Notes under the pieces: model-generated
What the model saw: the letters and a program-made list of their open reading frames with translations, nothing else
Database searches by the model: none
Told to the model about the DNA's origin: nothing
DNA from: Negaprion brevirostris
Taxonomy: Eukaryota
Assembly (NCBI GenBank): GCA_030324005.1
Contig: JARDVH010000084.1
Location: 67,394,630 to 67,458,629 of the forward strand
Direction: 5' to 3'
Length of the DNA: 64,000 nucleotides
Made by a program: the position numbers and the translations under genes
In this document: one piece after another, positions 61,031-64,000 of the stretch
How the letters are laid out: every line of letters starts with the position of its first letter
Position numbering within the stretch: the stretch's first letter is position 1

Positions 61031-61054
61031 AAATTCCTTAAGGAAGAGAGAGGA

Positions 61055-61455
61055 TGGTGTAGTGGTAATTTTGGCAGACTAATAATCCAGCAACCCAACT
61101 AGTTCTGTCGGGACATTGGTTCAAATCCCAGCATAGCAGCTGGTGGAATTTAATTTCCATTAACAAATCTGGAATCTAAAGCTAGTCTCAGTAATGGTGA
61201 CCATGGTAACTTTTATCAGTTGTGTTTATTATTATCAATTGTTGTAAAAATCCATCTGGATCACTAATTTCCTTTAGGAAAGGGAATCTGTTATCTTTAC
61301 CCGGTCTTGCCTACATGTGACTCCAGGCACATAGTAACGTGGTTGACTCTTAAGTGTCCCCTAAAATAGGCTAGCAAGCCTTTCAGTTCAAAAGTAATTA
61401 GAGATTTTGCCACAAATGTTCGGCTTGCCTGTGCTGGCCTCATCCCACATAAGAA
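61055..61455 (+). mobile_element. tRNA-derived SINE with LINE family B tail
   Basis: tRNA-like head, core ttgtaaaaatccatctggatcactaatttcctttaggaaagggaatctg...cctacatgtgactccag, and a tail resembling the family B 3' end. Confidence 0.7.
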
Positions 61456-62477
61456 CAAAGAACGAAATGCCTTATTAACCATTTTCCTGCCATCTTTAAT
61501 GATGTGAGCACCTATACCTCCTAGGCCCTCTGTTCCTGCACTCCCTTTAGAATTGTACCCTTTATTTTGCCTTTTCTTATTCCCACCAAAGTGGATTGCT
61601 TCACACTCCATTTGACAACACAGAAAAATCTGAAGGAAGCTTAGGAACAAATCTTCTGCCATATGGTTGCAGAGAGTGGGGGATAGCAGATGGATGGTGA
61701 CAACCATGCAGGCAAACCTGCAGCAGAAGGCAAAAGAGTCTATTTGAGACAATATGTTGGATGCACTGGGCTACACAACCACTTCACAAATTCACCCCTT
61801 GAGGAGCTGTGGTCAGAAAAGCACACCTACGCATATTCTGGTTAACCCCAGAGCTTACAAAAACCACAATTCTCAATTCTTGCAGCACTAGGCATATGCT
61901 GGTGCTTTCAAAACTGCCCGGTGATGAGGGGACCCCCCTCATAAACAGTTGAGCAGTCACTGCTAGCCATACAAAGATGCCTTCTTCCTTCCTTGTCCCT
62001 ACCCCTAACACAACCTTCCCCATAACCCACCTACCACAAGTATATCACTTATTTGTGTTATGTGTAGACAGTTTTGATTCCTTTCCTAGAAATCCATACT
62101 CAATGCAGACATTCCCACCTGTATAGCTAGAAGCTTCATGGGTACATAGCAACAGGAGTCAGCCATTCAGCCTCTGTGCCACTCAAAAAGCTGTGGTTCT
62201 TCGAGCATTAATTTGATCTGCCTGACTTTGCTGAATGGCCATTAATACTTTTCTCCAGTAAAGGTTGGTCAGCCTTAAAGAATGGCTTCACTGGGAATGT
62301 GGTCACAAACGATCTATGATTCTTTGCAAGGGTCATTTGGGCCTTGGAGTCTGGAGCAAAAAAATGAGAGGGCACCGATTTGGACTCTGTTTCTCCTCAC
62401 AGATGCTGCCAGACCTGCTTTGTTTATCCACCATTTTCTGTTTTTATTTTCTGTCAATGAGTTGTACTGAAAAATAA

Positions 62478-64000
62478 TTGTACTGCAGGCCCCCAATATG
62501 TAAGGAGATTACAGATAGCTCCAAGAAAAATAGGGTGATGATAGTAGGGGATTTTAACTTTTCCAATGTTGATTGGAACAGCCATAGTGGTAGGGGCTTG
62601 GTTGAAGAGAAATCTGTTGAGTGCACTCAGGAGGAATTTCATTCAGTATGTGGATGGCAAAACTGGAGAGGGGCAAAACTTGACCTCTTGCGAAATAAGA
62701 AAGGGCAGGTAACAGAAGTGTTGGTGAGGGATCACCTTGGGACCAGTGACCATAATTCTATTAGTTTTAAGATAGCTATGGAGAACAGTAGGTCTGGCCC
62801 AAAAGTTAAAATTCTAAATTGGGGCAAGGCCGATTTTGATGGTATTAGACAGGAACTTTCAAAAGTTGATTGGGGGGGTCTGTTGGCAGGCAAAGAGATA
62901 CCTAGTAAGTGGGAAGCTTTCAAAAATGTGTTTACAGGGTTCANNNNNNNNNNNNNNNNNNNNNNNNNNNNNNNNNNNNNNNNNNTAGAAGTAGGGAACC
63001 CTGGACGACTCGGGATATTGAGGCCCTGGTCAGAAAGAAGGAGGCATATGACATGTATAGGCAGCTGGGATCAAGTGAATCCCTTGAAGAGTATAGAGGT
63101 AAGAATAGAGTTAATAGAGAAATCAGGAGAGGAAAAAGGGGACATGAGATTGCTTTGGCAGATAAGGCAAAGGAGAATCCAAAGAACTTCTACAAATAAA
63201 TAAAGGGCAAAAGAATGACTAGGGAAAGAGTAGGATCTCTTGAGGATCAACAAGGTCATCTATGTGTGGATCTGCAAGAGAAAGGTGAGATCCTAAATGA
63301 ATGTTTCTCAAAAGTATTTACTGTTGAGAAAAACATGGATGTTAGGCAAATTGGGGAAATAAATAATGGTGTCCTAAGGAGTGTACATATTACAGAGAAG
63401 GAGGCATTAGAAGTTTTAAAGTACATCAAGATAGTTAAATTCCTAGGACCTGATGATACATATCCCAGGATTTTGTGGGAGGCTAGGGAGGAAATTGCAG
63501 GTCCCCTAGCAGAGAATTCAATCACCAACAGCCACAAGTGAAGATTGGAGGCTAGCAAATGTTGTGCCTTTTATCTAAAAAGGGCAGTAGGGAAAAGCCT
63601 GGGAACTACAGGCCGGTGAGCCTTCTATCTGTAGTGGGTAAGTTCATAGATCATAGAACCCTACAGTGCAGGGAGAGGCCCATCAAGTCTGCACCAAACA
63701 CAAGCCCACCCAGGCCCTACCCCCATACATTATACCCACTAATCCCCTCTAACCTGTGCATCCTTGGACACTAAGGGGTAATTTCTTAGCATAGCCAATC
63801 AACCTAACCCACACATCTTTGGACTGTGGGAGGAAACTGGAGTACCCGCATGAAACCCATGCAGACATGTGGAGAATGTGCAAACTCCACACAGACAGTG
63901 ACCCAAGCTGGGAATTGAACCCAGGACCCTGGAGCTATGAAGCAGAAGTGCTAACCACTGTGCTACCGTGCCACCCATAGGTTATTAGAAAGTATTCTGA
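62478..64000 (+). mobile_element. CR1 LINE ORF2 5' half (same family as 48667-51167), running off the window
   Basis: YCRPP, VMIVGDFNF, KLDLL, LGTSDHNS, GPDDTYPRIL and KPGNYRPVSLLSVVGK. Confidence 0.93.
63645..63977 (-). mobile_element. HE1-type V-SINE inserted into the CR1
   Basis: Interrupts the CR1 after VVGK and is flanked by taagtt/taggtt, a probable target-site duplication. Confidence 0.9.

Overview
This is eukaryotic, repeat-rich vertebrate DNA, almost certainly from a shark (elasmobranch), judged from abundant HE1-type V-SINEs, CR1/HER1-type LINEs, DeuSINE-like and Penelope-derived elements. It comes from a gapped draft assembly with many 10-N and 100-N gaps. The only host gene I can support is TSEN15 (tRNA-splicing endonuclease subunit 15) on the + strand. 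Three coding exons (16889-16970, 24330-24465, 55319-55508) splice in frame through GT-AG introns of about 7.4 kb and 30.9 kb. Exon 1 was not found and probably lies upstream or in a gap. Most of the rest is transposon debris: CR1 LINEs, a second LINE family with its partner SINE, L2 tails, HE1 SINEs, a decayed Gmr1-like Gypsy element with a SCAN-like gag, and Penelope-like ends carrying minimal hammerhead-ribozyme motifs. Points worth a second look are the hammerhead palindrome next to the exon 2 acceptor, a head-to-head SINE hairpin next to the last-exon acceptor, a possible alternative terminal exon, several PBX/HOX/MEIS motif clusters in unique intronic DNA, two unexplained direct repeats and a minisatellite inside a SINE. 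I found no convincing novel multi-gene system. Repeat boundaries are approximate, and family names and reference-protein comparisons come from recall rather than database searches.
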